Shown here piece by piece: positions 19,841 through 29,883 of a DNA stretch of 64,000 nt. The translations under genes and the position numbers were made by a program. Position 1 is the stretch's first letter, and each line of letters starts with the position of its first letter. The notes beneath the pieces were generated by a model that saw only the letters and a list, made by a program, of their open reading frames with translations, had not been told where the DNA came from and did no database searches. The stretch lies in NCBI GenBank assembly GCA_049515895.1, contig JBEKTQ010000007.1:125164-189163 (forward strand). Reading direction: 5' to 3'. The DNA is from Candidatus Bathyarchaeia archaeon. GTDB taxonomy: Archaea; Thermoproteota; Bathyarchaeia; Bathyarchaeales; Bathycorpusculaceae.

Positions 19841-21082
19841 ATGGATGCATCAGAGAAACCTAGACTTGTAATCTTCGACGTTGAAGGAGTTCTTATTCCG
19901 AAAAACCGCTTCTTTTTTGAAGTTGGAAAGAAATTAGGCTTAACCAGATTGGTTAAACTTCTCTTTTTCGGTTTCCTCTATGAAGCAGGCATTCTTAAGC
20001 TTGAATCAGTACTGAAGCACATGTTCAATCAAGCGAAGGGGATCAAGCTTGAAGATCTGACGAAAATTCTTGAAAAAATCTCTTCAACAAATTATCAGAA
20101 AGGCATCTTTTCGCAGATAAAAACGAGAAACTGCAAGATCGCTTTAATCAGCTCTGGTTTGCCAACTTTCGCTGTTAAAGAATTAGCCGATTCTGTCGGC
20201 GCAGACTACGCTTACGGGGTTGAGGTAGAAACGGAAGGAGGCAAATTGACGGGAAAAATCTGGGGCGATGCGATTCAGCCCGATGGAAAACTGAAGATTC
20301 TCGCGCAAGTATTAACCGCTGAGAACCTAAGACTAAGAGACTGTATCGTAGTTGCTGACGATAGAAATAACCGTTGCCTGTACCTGCCTGGAATGCTGAA
20401 GATCGGTTTTAACCCCGATTTTATAATACGGGTTAAAGCAGACAGAGTAGTAAACGGCAGACTTTCCTCGGTCATCCCTATAATAGATGGCAAACCCCGA
20501 AAGCGTTCTTTTCCATCGGCAAACGATTTTGTTCGGGAAGACATTCATGCATCTGGAATTTTCATGCCGGTTATCGCTAGTTTAATCGGCGTTCCCGCGG
20601 TCGGCACGCTAATTTTTCTCATTGCGGCACTTTACACTGTTTCTGAGCTTTGGCGCCTGGAAGGAAAAAACCTGATTTTCATCTCAGCTATTACCCGGCA
20701 TGCCGCGTCACAGTCAGAACTGCACGGGTTCGCGGCGGCGCCGCTGTATTTTGCTGGGGGCATCTTGTTTACTTTAGTTGTTTTTCCTCACCCTGCAAGT
20801 TACGCTGCAATCGCGATGTTCTGCCTTGGTGACAGCACAGCTTCACTTTTCGGAGCCTTCGCTTCATGGTCTTTGCCGTTCAACAAGGGGAAAACTTGGG
20901 GAGGCTCTTTTGCAGGGCTGTTTTTCGCTTTCTTAGCTGGTCTGATCTTCTTGCCGACACAGCCGCTTTTGGCTTTAGCAGGCGCAGCCATCGCGATGAC
21001 CGTTGAGGTTCTACCGTTGCCTGTAAACGATAACGTGCTGATTCCAATAATCACGGGGGCAGCATTGACACTACTACTATAA
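19841..21082 (+). CDS. Fusion of a SerB-like HAD domain and a membrane CTP-dependent isoprenol/dolichol-kinase-like domain
   Basis: N-terminal FDVEGVL and LISSG; C-terminal multi-TM region with GDSTASLFG, KTWGGS and NDN. Confidence 0.7.
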   Translation: MDASEKPRLVIFDVEGVLIPKNRFFFEVGKKLGLTRLVKLLFFGFLYEAGILKLESVLKHMFNQAKGIKLEDLTKILEKISSTNYQKGIFSQIKTRNCKIALISSGLPTFAVKELADSVGADYAYGVEVETEGGKLTGKIWGDAIQPDGKLKILAQVLTAENLRLRDCIVVADDRNNRCLYLPGMLKIGFNPDFIIRVKADRVVNGRLSSVIPIIDGKPRKRSFPSANDFVREDIHASGIFMPVIASLIGVPAVGTLIFLIAALYTVSELWRLEGKNLIFISAITRHAASQSELHGFAAAPLYFAGGILFTLVVFPHPASYAAIAMFCLGDSTASLFGAFASWSLPFNKGKTWGGSFAGLFFAFLAGLIFLPTQPLLALAGAAIAMTVEVLPLPVNDNVLIPIITGAALTLLL

Positions 21083-21550
21083 CTCTATCATCGAATTCAA
21101 GTAGTCCTTCACAAAATATTTCTTGCCCCTTTTGGCTATCTCGTGCCCTTCCTGTTCCAGAAGCCGCTTTTGATTTTCCATTCCGCCGGGGTATTTCTCG
21201 TTTAGGAACCCGCCAGTTTTGAGGGTGCGCCAATAAGGAGTAATGTCAGCTGCGCCTTGGTGTTTTTGCTCTTCCGCCGCGTTAGCGGATATCCAAGCGA
21301 AAATGCCCGTTGTCAATGGGCAACCGATCGTGGCGACGTGTTTCTTTGCAAGGGCTGAGCGGATCTCGTTGATCGTTGTCAGTTTTCCTTTGGGCACTTT
21401 CTTCATTAACTGGTCAACCTCGATTGGCGCCGGAATAACCAAGGTGCCTGTGCCCCATTTAGCTGCCATTCTGCCTGTGAGCGGCTCAACTTTAGGGTAG
21501 CCTTTGCTGTTATTCAGTTTTTCCTTCCAAGTCGGTCTCTTCTTCGCCAT
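21077..21550 (-). CDS. MGMT/ATL-type alkylated-DNA binding protein
   Basis: VPKGKLTT, CPLTTG, PYWR and LLEQEGH motifs. Confidence 0.75.
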   Translation of the reverse strand: MAKKRPTWKEKLNNSKGYPKVEPLTGRMAAKWGTGTLVIPAPIEVDQLMKKVPKGKLTTINEIRSALAKKHVATIGCPLTTGIFAWISANAAEEQKHQGAADITPYWRTLKTGGFLNEKYPGGMENQKRLLEQEGHEIAKRGKKYFVKDYLNSMIEL

Positions 21551-21651
21551 ATTCTTACACTTAAATATGTATCTTGGGTGATTTAATGAAACTTTCTAAT
21601 AACTCTTTTTTGGCATCGTTTGTCTCAAAACAGAAAGTAGTAGTCGGACGT

Positions 21652-21915
21652 TTATTTCATGTTTTGTGCGTTGATTAGGTCGAGTTTTTGTTGGTGGTTG
21701 AGTTTTTTTATTTCTCTTTCCCGTTTCATAGCTTCGCTTCTCGAGCCGAATATTTCGGCGTAAGCGAGTTTCTTAGGCTTGTGTGATTTGGTATATTTTG
21801 CGCCATTGCCGTTCATGTGAAGCTTTGTTCTAGTGTCAAGATCTTGGGTGTAGCCTGTGTAGAAGGTGCCGTCGCTGCAAAGCAGAATGTAGACGCAAAA
21901 TGACGTTTCGCCTAT
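21652..21915 (-). CDS. GIY-YIG nuclease (UPF0213/YhbQ-like) lacking a canonical start codon
   Basis: Not in ORF track. Manual translation: (I)GETSFCVYILLCSDGTFYTGYTQDLDTRTKLHMNGNGAKYTKSHKP...SRSEAMKREREIKK. No in-frame ATG/GTG/TTG upstream of the motifs; ATA 21915 or ACG 21906 are the candidate starts. Confidence 0.8.
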   Translation of the reverse strand: MGETSFCVYILLCSDGTFYTGYTQDLDTRTKLHMNGNGAKYTKSHKPKKLAYAEIFGSRSEAMKREREIKKLNHQQKLDLINAQNMK

Positions 21916-22592
21916 TGCCCCCTGACTTCGCGTGGCATGTAATCGTAGACGATGCCTCTTTGAATGGCTCTTTTCAGGTATGCTTCAGGGTCTATTTCTT
22001 GAACTTTCGCATGGTCAACATCGATGATGTAGATTTCATGTATTCGGGCGTTTTTTATTTCTTCAAATGTGACGGGCGGCTTCTGATAGTACGCGTCGCA
22101 GAGCCTTTTTATCTGCAGGATTTCCCAGTCTTCACGGTTTCTTGGCGGCTTTGCCAGTGCACGGGGAAAGGGTAAGATGTAGTGGGGTGGCACGCCCAAG
22201 GCGAATTTTCCAGCGAAACTGCTGTACCTGATTATTTTGCTTGCCAGACGTGCGGAAGTGTAAGTAAGTGGCGCCAAGGCGTTTTCAGGCGGAATAAAGC
22301 CTGTTTCAACTTCAACAATGAGGTTTCCTAAGCCTTTTGTGGCATAGAGGTCGCAGGTCAAGATTTGATTCAGGACATGTTCGATCTGTACCTCGTGCCC
22401 TTTTTCTACCAAGTACTTAGCGCAGCCAAGCTCCATCACGGAATGGTTGATCTTTACAATGTTTTCCTTCCGCAGTTCAACCAGACAATTTTTTAGGATT
22501 TTAAGTTTATCTTTGACTTGCTCATCAGAATCCATTGTTAGCCTTGACAGGAAAACCGTTAAATCTTCTTCGAACTCTTGCCTGCTGCTCAT
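21912..22592 (-). CDS. Hypothetical protein with PD-(D/E)XK nuclease-like motif
   Basis: H..ME...CDLYA...IVEVETG pattern. Confidence 0.6.
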   Translation of the reverse strand: MSSRQEFEEDLTVFLSRLTMDSDEQVKDKLKILKNCLVELRKENIVKINHSVMELGCAKYLVEKGHEVQIEHVLNQILTCDLYATKGLGNLIVEVETGFIPPENALAPLTYTSARLASKIIRYSSFAGKFALGVPPHYILPFPRALAKPPRNREDWEILQIKRLCDAYYQKPPVTFEEIKNARIHEIYIIDVDHAKVQEIDPEAYLKRAIQRGIVYDYMPREVRGQ

Positions 22593-22895
22593 TTACTCTT
22601 CCTTTCCAAGTTGACCTGTCATGTTTACTTAAACTATTTGGTTTCAGATTATATAAAGTCAGAAAACGCTTTACCTTGAAGATGAATTGAGAATCTCTTG
22701 AATTAGAAGGATGCATCCGCCATGTTTACATGGTTAATTTGATTTTTTGTGAAATTGTATATTCTGCAAGATTTGGCCTCTTCCTATAGAGTCCAACTAA
22801 GATTCAATATAGAAGTGAGGTCATTGCATTTTTCAATTTAGGTAGATTGTTTTTTTGAGGGTTTCCATTGAAGGAATTGTGGTCGACTGTGCTTG

Positions 22896-24815
22896 CTAAT
22901 GACTACTTGGTTTTTCGTGTTTTTTCGCTCTCTTGACATAAAGTGCAGATAATATTGTTGCCGCTACCAAGACTGCCACAACCGTGTATAACGGGAGGTT
23001 TGGGGTACTGAGGATACTAGATGGTTTTTGGGTTGTCTGAGGCTCCTTAGCGATAGGGGTTTGGGTTTGGATTGTCAAGTTTTTGAGTGCGATGGCGGTG
23101 TCCTCATTGTTTGTTATGAGAAGCACTGTTGAATTGTTGCTGTTTTGACTGTTTGCGCTCTCAATTACGGTGCCGTTTTCGTAGCTTAGATTAGTTGTCG
23201 TGTTGTTGCCGCTTATTTTGGTGGTAATAGAGTACCAGATGTTTTGTTTTATGCTTCCTGTGGCGTTTGTTATGGCTGCTGATCCTTGCATATTCAAGAT
23301 GTCTTCTTGGCTTAATCCCTTAAGGTTCAAGCTAAAGTTGCCTGCGTTGTTTTGAAGAATAAGGCTGAATTGGTTATCGAGGGTTTGGTTGAAATCGTCT
23401 GATAACATCAGCGGCGCAAGACCCTGGGGAACGCTTAAGGGAACCGTTTCGTTGTGAGACGGCACCTCTATTGTTGCTACTCTTCCACGGGACAATAACA
23501 CTCTTTCTACCATGGCTGGTACAGTTATGTTGATGGTCGGCACGTTGGATATGGTTTGTCCTGCCCGAAGCACAATGAACTTGTAGCTTAACGAAGCATT
23601 TGTGCCCAATGGTAGTGTGAGGAAATCGTTTGCGCCTTGCATGGGAATTGTGGCGAAAGCTGCGAGGCCGGGTTCCCCAAAAATATAGTTGTAGTCAACT
23701 GAGTTAAACTGTAAGTATGATTGAGGTCCGACGAAGATTGGCAACATTTGGCTGTCGGCGCCTGCGTAGTTTGAACCGCCGTTCCAGCTTGCTGTTACGT
23801 AGTAAGTTCCTGACGTGGTGAAGTTCCATGTCAAACTGTAGTTGCCGGCATTGTCGGTTGTTGTTGTCAAGAAGTTTAGCACTTCACCTTCGTAGTTGCT
23901 GCTGCTTACGTAAACGTTTACAGTTTGACCTGATACCGCTGGTGTAATTGAGCCAGAGATTAACAGGGACCTCTCACCATTTACATCAGTGCTTGTTGCT
24001 TGCTGGCTGAGGTTCAGTGTTATCGTGGAATTGATTAAATTTTTGTTTAAGCCGGCTGAGATCTCTGCTGGGGGCAACGACTCCGTAGTACTATTAAGGG
24101 GAATGATGTTTGCTATTGCATTGGCTAATGTTTGGGATTGGTCTCCCACTTTCCAGTTGCCTTCTGGCGTAGTTTCGGCAGTCCAGTAGGTTTTGTTGTC
24201 GTATGTGAAGCTTGTCGGGGTCATGAAGGAAGTATGGTAAACTGGAGTATAGGGCAAGTACACACCAACGTTCATGTGCTGGGGATTTATGCCAGTGTAG
24301 AGAATCAATACGACGTCCAAGCCGCCAGCCTCCATGATGGATGCAGTAAGGAGCGACAGCCCAACGCAATCACCCATGTTTTTTGAAAGCGTTTCAACCG
24401 GGTATTGTGGGTTAGTAACATTGTAGGTAAACTGGTGGACGAACCCCAACACTGCATCTGCAAATTGCTCATCTTGGTGGGGCAGGTTGTCAGTGACATT
24501 CATGATAGAATCCGCTATTGGTGCTACCACCTGAGGTGTTACAAAATTTGCGTAATCACTGTTATCGTTTATTGAGTGAGTCAAGTTACCATAATAGTTA
24601 ACGAGCGAAGTCGGTGTGGAGACGTAAAGCTTTTGGTTGTGCCCACTGCTAAGAAGCCTAGGCTGCACGTTAATTATCCCGTATTGGCGGGTGGAAGGCG
24701 GTTGAATCGTGTAGGTTTTTTCGATATTGCCCAATGCCGTAACAGGTATCATGCAAACCGCTAGAAGAACGATGAAAAGAAAAACGGCGGCTTTCTGATA
24801 ATTTAAAAAATTCAT
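22896..24815 (-). CDS. Secreted/membrane-anchored transglutaminase-like protein with Ig-like domains
   Basis: Signal peptide, YPVETL..GDC, HMNVGV and AETT catalytic-like motifs, Ig-like repeat, C-terminal TM plus basic tail. Confidence 0.7.
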   Translation of the reverse strand: MNFLNYQKAAVFLFIVLLAVCMIPVTALGNIEKTYTIQPPSTRQYGIINVQPRLLSSGHNQKLYVSTPTSLVNYYGNLTHSINDNSDYANFVTPQVVAPIADSIMNVTDNLPHQDEQFADAVLGFVHQFTYNVTNPQYPVETLSKNMGDCVGLSLLTASIMEAGGLDVVLILYTGINPQHMNVGVYLPYTPVYHTSFMTPTSFTYDNKTYWTAETTPEGNWKVGDQSQTLANAIANIIPLNSTTESLPPAEISAGLNKNLINSTITLNLSQQATSTDVNGERSLLISGSITPAVSGQTVNVYVSSSNYEGEVLNFLTTTTDNAGNYSLTWNFTTSGTYYVTASWNGGSNYAGADSQMLPIFVGPQSYLQFNSVDYNYIFGEPGLAAFATIPMQGANDFLTLPLGTNASLSYKFIVLRAGQTISNVPTINITVPAMVERVLLSRGRVATIEVPSHNETVPLSVPQGLAPLMLSDDFNQTLDNQFSLILQNNAGNFSLNLKGLSQEDILNMQGSAAITNATGSIKQNIWYSITTKISGNNTTTNLSYENGTVIESANSQNSNNSTVLLITNNEDTAIALKNLTIQTQTPIAKEPQTTQKPSSILSTPNLPLYTVVAVLVAATILSALYVKRAKKHEKPSSH

Positions 24816-25002
24816 ATGTATCTACAACATGGAGCGGTTTTAAACCAATTACATTATGGACTTTGGGCAAACATTTATCCTTTTTGTATATCACCCCAGA
24901 AGCGTTCCCTATGTTGGTTTGGGAGAAAAAATAATTCAAAGATTTCTTGAGGCAAGGTTTTTGAGCTTTCACGTGACTTCTTAATTCTGAAGGACAAGGC
25001 GT

Positions 25003-25323
25003 TTGAGCAAGAGTTTTGTTTCTTCCATAAAAGAAGGCGAACTGGGGGAAGGCAAAATGAAAGCCGTCAGGCTTAAGGGAAAGCCAATTTTGCTATTAAG
25101 GGTAGGAGGAGAAATTTATGGTGTATCAAACTCTTGCCCTCACGAAAGCTGCAGCTTTCAAGGCGGAATCCTCACAGGCTATACCTTGATGTGCCCCTGT
25201 CACGGCTGGAAATTCGATATACGAAACGGGCAATACCAAGAAATCCCGCAGGTGAAACTATCGTGCTATCCCTGCAAAGTTGAGAATGAAAAAATATTAG
25301 TTGAAATCAAAAAAGCCAAGTAG
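25003..25323 (+). CDS. Rieske (2Fe-2S) ferredoxin
   Basis: CPH...CPCHGWKFD motifs. Confidence 0.9.
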   Translation: MSKSFVSSIKEGELGEGKMKAVRLKGKPILLLRVGGEIYGVSNSCPHESCSFQGGILTGYTLMCPCHGWKFDIRNGQYQEIPQVKLSCYPCKVENEKILVEIKKAK

Positions 25324-25470
25324 CATCCATCTTCTCCCGACTATGGATTTGGATTTTAAGTTTATTCGCATTCCGTTTTTTGGGCTGCGGGGAGATTTGC
25401 AAAAAACAGCTTTATATAAAACAGTAATCTCGTTAAGACATAGGTATTTCAGTGCGTAGGAAGGATTTTT

Positions 25471-26805
25471 TTGAGACTATTTGATTGGCAACTTTTTGCA
25501 GACGCGGAATCTTTTCTTCAAACGCAGCTAAATAAACTTCTGGGCAAGAGCAGTTTCGCATCGCGGGTGGCCATGGAAATTCAACAGAACACTTCGACAA
25601 GCATTTTCAACTGGGTTGACCACTTAAGTCTACCGGCAGAAACCGTAAAAATTGAGGAGCTTACGAAGCTAGGTTTCGAAGAGTCACAGAAAAACTTGGA
25701 AGACTCAGCAGTTTTTCGGGTTAATGGAAGTACGCTGTTCCCGTTGATTCTAAAAAGAGACAAAAACTCAGAAGTTGCACTCGCCGTTGAAGATATAGAA
25801 GATTTCCGAAAAACTATCGGAAAAGAAAAAAGTATTCAAGGAGCACCCTACTCGAACTTTAGAAAGTTGTCTCTAGTCAGCGAAAACGATTTTATTTTTT
25901 CTCTTGTTGAGAGACGCGGCTCATCAGGCTACACAACTGAAGAAGACATAGGGGACGTTGACTTGTATGTTAACGCCTTGCATACATTAGAAACACGCCA
26001 AAGACTCTTCTCATCTGCTGAAGAAGGCATTTTCGAAACTGAGAAACTGCTAAGAGACTTTGGAAACAAACTTAGCAAACCGCGATTAGCTGACGCTTTC
26101 TTCCGTGCGGAAAGACGCTACTGGGAAACCCGAAATCACTCAGCCAAAACTCAGAAAGCTAGGCAGGATAGGGTAGGCGTTGGATGGGGCAACGTTGACC
26201 ACCATACCTTCAGGTCCTCACGCCGAAGTTTTGCCGCTTTAATCCGCCTATTCGAGTATATAGGACTTAAGTCCCGCGAAAGTTTTCACGCTGGCGCCCA
26301 AGCGGGTTGGGGAGCACAAATCTTGGAGGATCGAGATGGGCGAAACGTTGTTTTCGCCGATGTTGACTTGTCTGCCCAAGAAAAAGACGTTGATTTCGCT
26401 CACATAGGGCTTGAAATGCGTAATGAGTTGGGTTCGGTTGGCTTGTGGGTTGGGTTGCACGGGGAAAGCATCCTTGAGGCTGGGATGCATCACTTAGCTG
26501 CACGTTTCAACTTTGAGGCGGTGCGAGAAGACCTTAAGGCGATAGGCGTCGGCATGATGAGACCTTTCTCCAATTTTCCCTTCCTTAAACAGGCCTTCAC
26601 GGAACCTGAGAAGTGGCAGATTCATGGCGAAAAACTGAATTTGCTATTAAAAAATCAAAGCATAAGCAGTCAGCAGGCTTCAGCGTTTCTTCGGGACGGC
26701 GCGATTGCCAGCCATTTGGAGAACATCGAGCGCGGTCAAGGTTTCAAGGGGTTCAACCAGAATTCAGTCAGCGCAATTATCAAATGGACCAATCCCTTAA
26801 CTTAA
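25471..26805 (+). CDS. Conserved hypothetical protein, probable VOC/glyoxalase-like metalloenzyme
   Basis: DHHTFR, GMHHL and HLENIER form a potential His-His-Glu triad. Confidence 0.6.
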   Translation: MRLFDWQLFADAESFLQTQLNKLLGKSSFASRVAMEIQQNTSTSIFNWVDHLSLPAETVKIEELTKLGFEESQKNLEDSAVFRVNGSTLFPLILKRDKNSEVALAVEDIEDFRKTIGKEKSIQGAPYSNFRKLSLVSENDFIFSLVERRGSSGYTTEEDIGDVDLYVNALHTLETRQRLFSSAEEGIFETEKLLRDFGNKLSKPRLADAFFRAERRYWETRNHSAKTQKARQDRVGVGWGNVDHHTFRSSRRSFAALIRLFEYIGLKSRESFHAGAQAGWGAQILEDRDGRNVVFADVDLSAQEKDVDFAHIGLEMRNELGSVGLWVGLHGESILEAGMHHLAARFNFEAVREDLKAIGVGMMRPFSNFPFLKQAFTEPEKWQIHGEKLNLLLKNQSISSQQASAFLRDGAIASHLENIERGQGFKGFNQNSVSAIIKWTNPLT

Positions 26806-26829
26806 GAAGAAAAATATGCCTAAGTTAGA

Positions 26830-27807
26830 TTAGGCGTTGGGGTTCTGGCTTAGCTGCTGCAGCGCTCGAAGACGCTTGGTTATGTTCGGGTGAGTCGACA
26901 AAGCTTCTGTCAAATTGTCTGCGCCAGTTATTTTCCTCGACAGGATTTCCTGAACCATGAACGATGCTTCGACGTTTTTTGCAGCTTGGTCGGAATTGCC
27001 CGGATCGGAGATGAAGAGGCATTTGAAAGCACTTACGCTTTGCTGCTGTCCTTGCCCTCTTGACTTACTTGTTTTCTTTGAGGCGCTGACGATTTTCGCG
27101 AGCGCAGTCGAGAGCTTCCATGCGCCGTTATCTACCACTTGAACGCTGTTTCTGTCGGCGTAATACTCACGTATTCTGCTCAACCATAACGTAAAGAAGG
27201 TGAGTAGATACCCAAATCCCATCAAGCCAATGCCGATGATTGCCCCATTGCCGTTGCTGCTTCTTCTGCTTCCCCCAGAGGCCATTCCAGACCACATCAG
27301 TGAGTACCCAGCATACATGAAGATGGACGGCAAGACTGAAACAGCCATCATAACTTGAACGTCTCGATGCCTGAGATGTCCCAGTTCATGTCCCAAGACC
27401 GCTTCAACCTCGTCCGTGTTCAACGCCGTCAGCAATCCTGGTGTCACTGCGACACGGCTGCCTGCAAGCGGAGAACCATAGGCGAAAGCGTTTGGAACAG
27501 GGATCTGAGCTAGCATGAGCTCCGGGGTTTTTATGTGGCATTTCTGACTTAGGGTGTTGACGATTTGGTGAAGTTGAGGATTCTCTGCTTGTGAAATTTT
27601 TCTGATCTTGTAAACAGCGCCTAATAAGTATGGTGCGAAGAGCCATTGAGCAACGTTTATGACTACTACAATTATGCCTAACGCAACGATGTTGAAGACG
27701 CCGAAATACAACATAACGCCAGTTAAGACTAGAGTAGACAACCCGATGATGATTGTAAGGGTTGCCAGCATTGAAAGTCTAAGTTCAACAATACCCATAT
27801 TGGTCAA
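26830..27807 (-). CDS. htpX: Membrane zinc metalloprotease HtpX (M48)
   Basis: PNAFA, HELGH, SRIREYYAD and STHP motifs; TM segments. Confidence 0.92.
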   Translation of the reverse strand: MTNMGIVELRLSMLATLTIIIGLSTLVLTGVMLYFGVFNIVALGIIVVVINVAQWLFAPYLLGAVYKIRKISQAENPQLHQIVNTLSQKCHIKTPELMLAQIPVPNAFAYGSPLAGSRVAVTPGLLTALNTDEVEAVLGHELGHLRHRDVQVMMAVSVLPSIFMYAGYSLMWSGMASGGSRRSSNGNGAIIGIGLMGFGYLLTFFTLWLSRIREYYADRNSVQVVDNGAWKLSTALAKIVSASKKTSKSRGQGQQQSVSAFKCLFISDPGNSDQAAKNVEASFMVQEILSRKITGADNLTEALSTHPNITKRLRALQQLSQNPNA

Positions 27808-27996
27808 TAATTGGCATTCATAACAGCCGCTTATATTTTTTACTTAGTGCAATGGCTATTTGCCACGGAAAAGACAACGTTTTCTTTAACAATTCAGACA
27901 ACGGAGATTCTTGATTTTTTTGAACAGTAAGAGAGGTCTAGATAGTGTTTAATATTAAAATAGGATGCATAAGTAATTAATGAAAGTCATCTGTGA

Positions 27997-28428
27997 GTGA
28001 AGATTATGATGGGCGAAAATAATGCGGATAGCTTAGAAATCGAGGTCCATCCTCAAGCTCTTGAGTTTCTTAAGAAAAGCGGCGATGTCTTCGTCCTTAC
28101 GGATGTTCAAAACCCCCAGTATTCCTACTACAGAATTAAGGATTATGATTCTAATCTCAAGGTCAAGTTTGAAGAGTTCGTGGAAATCTGCAAAGGATAT
28201 CCTGAAAGTCAAACGGATGTAAACAACCCGACCGCTGAATTTGTCGTCACCGTTTTTAACGTAAATTCCCCATCAAAGACGATGCCTTCCAACCTGGCCT
28301 TTTATGTTTCGAAATCTGGGTTCCCGTCAGTTGACGATTGGTTGAAAACATTGAAGGCGGATGAAATTCCCGATTGTGAAAGTGGATATAGAAAAACGTT
28401 CTACCTTTACCGCATACAAACTTCCTAA
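27997..28428 (+). CDS. Hypothetical protein
   Basis: 143-aa ORF with coding-like composition. Confidence 0.55.
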   Translation: MKIMMGENNADSLEIEVHPQALEFLKKSGDVFVLTDVQNPQYSYYRIKDYDSNLKVKFEEFVEICKGYPESQTDVNNPTAEFVVTVFNVNSPSKTMPSNLAFYVSKSGFPSVDDWLKTLKADEIPDCESGYRKTFYLYRIQTS

Positions 28429-28550
28429 AATGCTGTCCTTTTAATTTCATTTTTTCGTTCGGTGGCATCTGCTACTTTTGAACGGAAAATTTTAAAAGCT
28501 TACATTTGTTGTGGTCTATTAATCTACAAATTTACTGAAGATGAAAAGAA

Positions 28551-29819
28551 ATGAAGAGAATACTCACAGCGTTACTTCTGGGGATTTTGTTTTTGTCGAT
28601 TTTTGTGGCAGTAGCTCCGAAAAGCTTGGCTCAACAATCAATTGACTGGTGGTCCACGTTCCGCCACGACACAACTCACACGGCATACTCAACTTCGACG
28701 GGACCAACTACAAACACCCTCCTTTGGAGTTACGCAACAGGCAATTCAGTATCCTATAGTTCTCCCGCGGTTTTAAACGGTGTCGTTTTCGTCGGTTCCA
28801 ATGATCACTACCTTTACGCCCTCAATGCTGCCAATGGTGCGTACATCTGGAGCTACAAGACAGGCAGTTCCATTGATTCTTCCCCAGCAGTCGCCAACGG
28901 CATCGTCTACGTAGGATCAGAAGACCACAAAGTCTATGCAATAAACGCCACGAACGGTTCCAAGTTATGGAGCTTCAGCACCGGTGACAAAGTCGAGTCC
29001 TCGCCTGCAGTCGCTAATGACATAGTATATGTTGGTTCAGACGACGGCAAAGTTTATGCTATCTACGCTCAAACAGGCACCAAAGACTGGAGCTTCAGCG
29101 CTGGCAACGCAGTTGTTTCGTCACCTGCAGTTGCAAATGGTGTAGTGTACGTTGGTTCAGAAGACAACAACGTGTACGCTTTGAACGCTGCAACGGGCTC
29201 CAAAATCTGGAGCTACGCGACCAGTGGCTCAGTGGATGGCTCTCCGGCAGTTTGGAACGGCACAGTGTACATCGGTTCAGACGATAACAGCGTGTACGCT
29301 TTAAGCGTCCAAACTGGTACCAGAGTCTGGAGCTTCGGAACAGGAAACTATGTGGTTTCTTGTCCGGCCGTCGCTAACGGCGTCGTTTTCATAGGTTCAG
29401 AAGATGACAACGTGTATGCTTTGAATGCTGAAAGCGGCAGCAAGATCTGGAGCTACAATACAGGCAACCAAGTTGAGTCTTCGCCTTCCGTCGTCAACGG
29501 CTTAGTGTACGTAGGTTCTGACGACGACAACGTCTACGCTTTGAACGCATCTACAGGCGGCACGGTTTGGACTTACGGAACCACCAATCTCGTAGATTCT
29601 TCCCCTGCAGTTGCAAACGGAGTGGTCTACGTTGGCTCAGTCGATAACAGTGTCTACGCTTTCGGTACAATTACCATTCCCCAACCATCCCCCTATCAAC
29701 CACCAATTCCAGAGTTCCAAGGCAAAGCAGTCACTTTTACATTGGTTGCCATCGTGGCATTCGCTTCATTCGCTGTAATCGCCGCAAATAAAAAGAGCAT
29801 AAGAGAAAGAAGACCTTAG
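28551..29819 (+). CDS. Secreted PQQ-like (BamB-type) beta-propeller protein with PEF-type C-terminal anchor
   Basis: Signal peptide, eight ~40-aa W..G..SSPAV.NG.VYVGS.D..VYA repeats, IPEF + TM + basic tail. Confidence 0.9.
   Translation: MKRILTALLLGILFLSIFVAVAPKSLAQQSIDWWSTFRHDTTHTAYSTSTGPTTNTLLWSYATGNSVSYSSPAVLNGVVFVGSNDHYLYALNAANGAYIWSYKTGSSIDSSPAVANGIVYVGSEDHKVYAINATNGSKLWSFSTGDKVESSPAVANDIVYVGSDDGKVYAIYAQTGTKDWSFSAGNAVVSSPAVANGVVYVGSEDNNVYALNAATGSKIWSYATSGSVDGSPAVWNGTVYIGSDDNSVYALSVQTGTRVWSFGTGNYVVSCPAVANGVVFIGSEDDNVYALNAESGSKIWSYNTGNQVESSPSVVNGLVYVGSDDDNVYALNASTGGTVWTYGTTNLVDSSPAVANGVVYVGSVDNSVYAFGTITIPQPSPYQPPIPEFQGKAVTFTLVAIVAFASFAVIAANKKSIRERRP
28725..29660 (+). repeat. Eight ~120-bp intragenic tandem repeats (propeller blades)
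   Basis: TGGAG(C/T)T recurs about every 120 bp (e.g. 28848, 28968, 29088, 29208, 29328, 29448). Confidence 0.85.
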
Positions 29820-29883
29820 GGCTAAAAAAAATTTGGAAAAATCGACAATATAGGTAAATCGTGCACCACATGATGAGCTTTAT

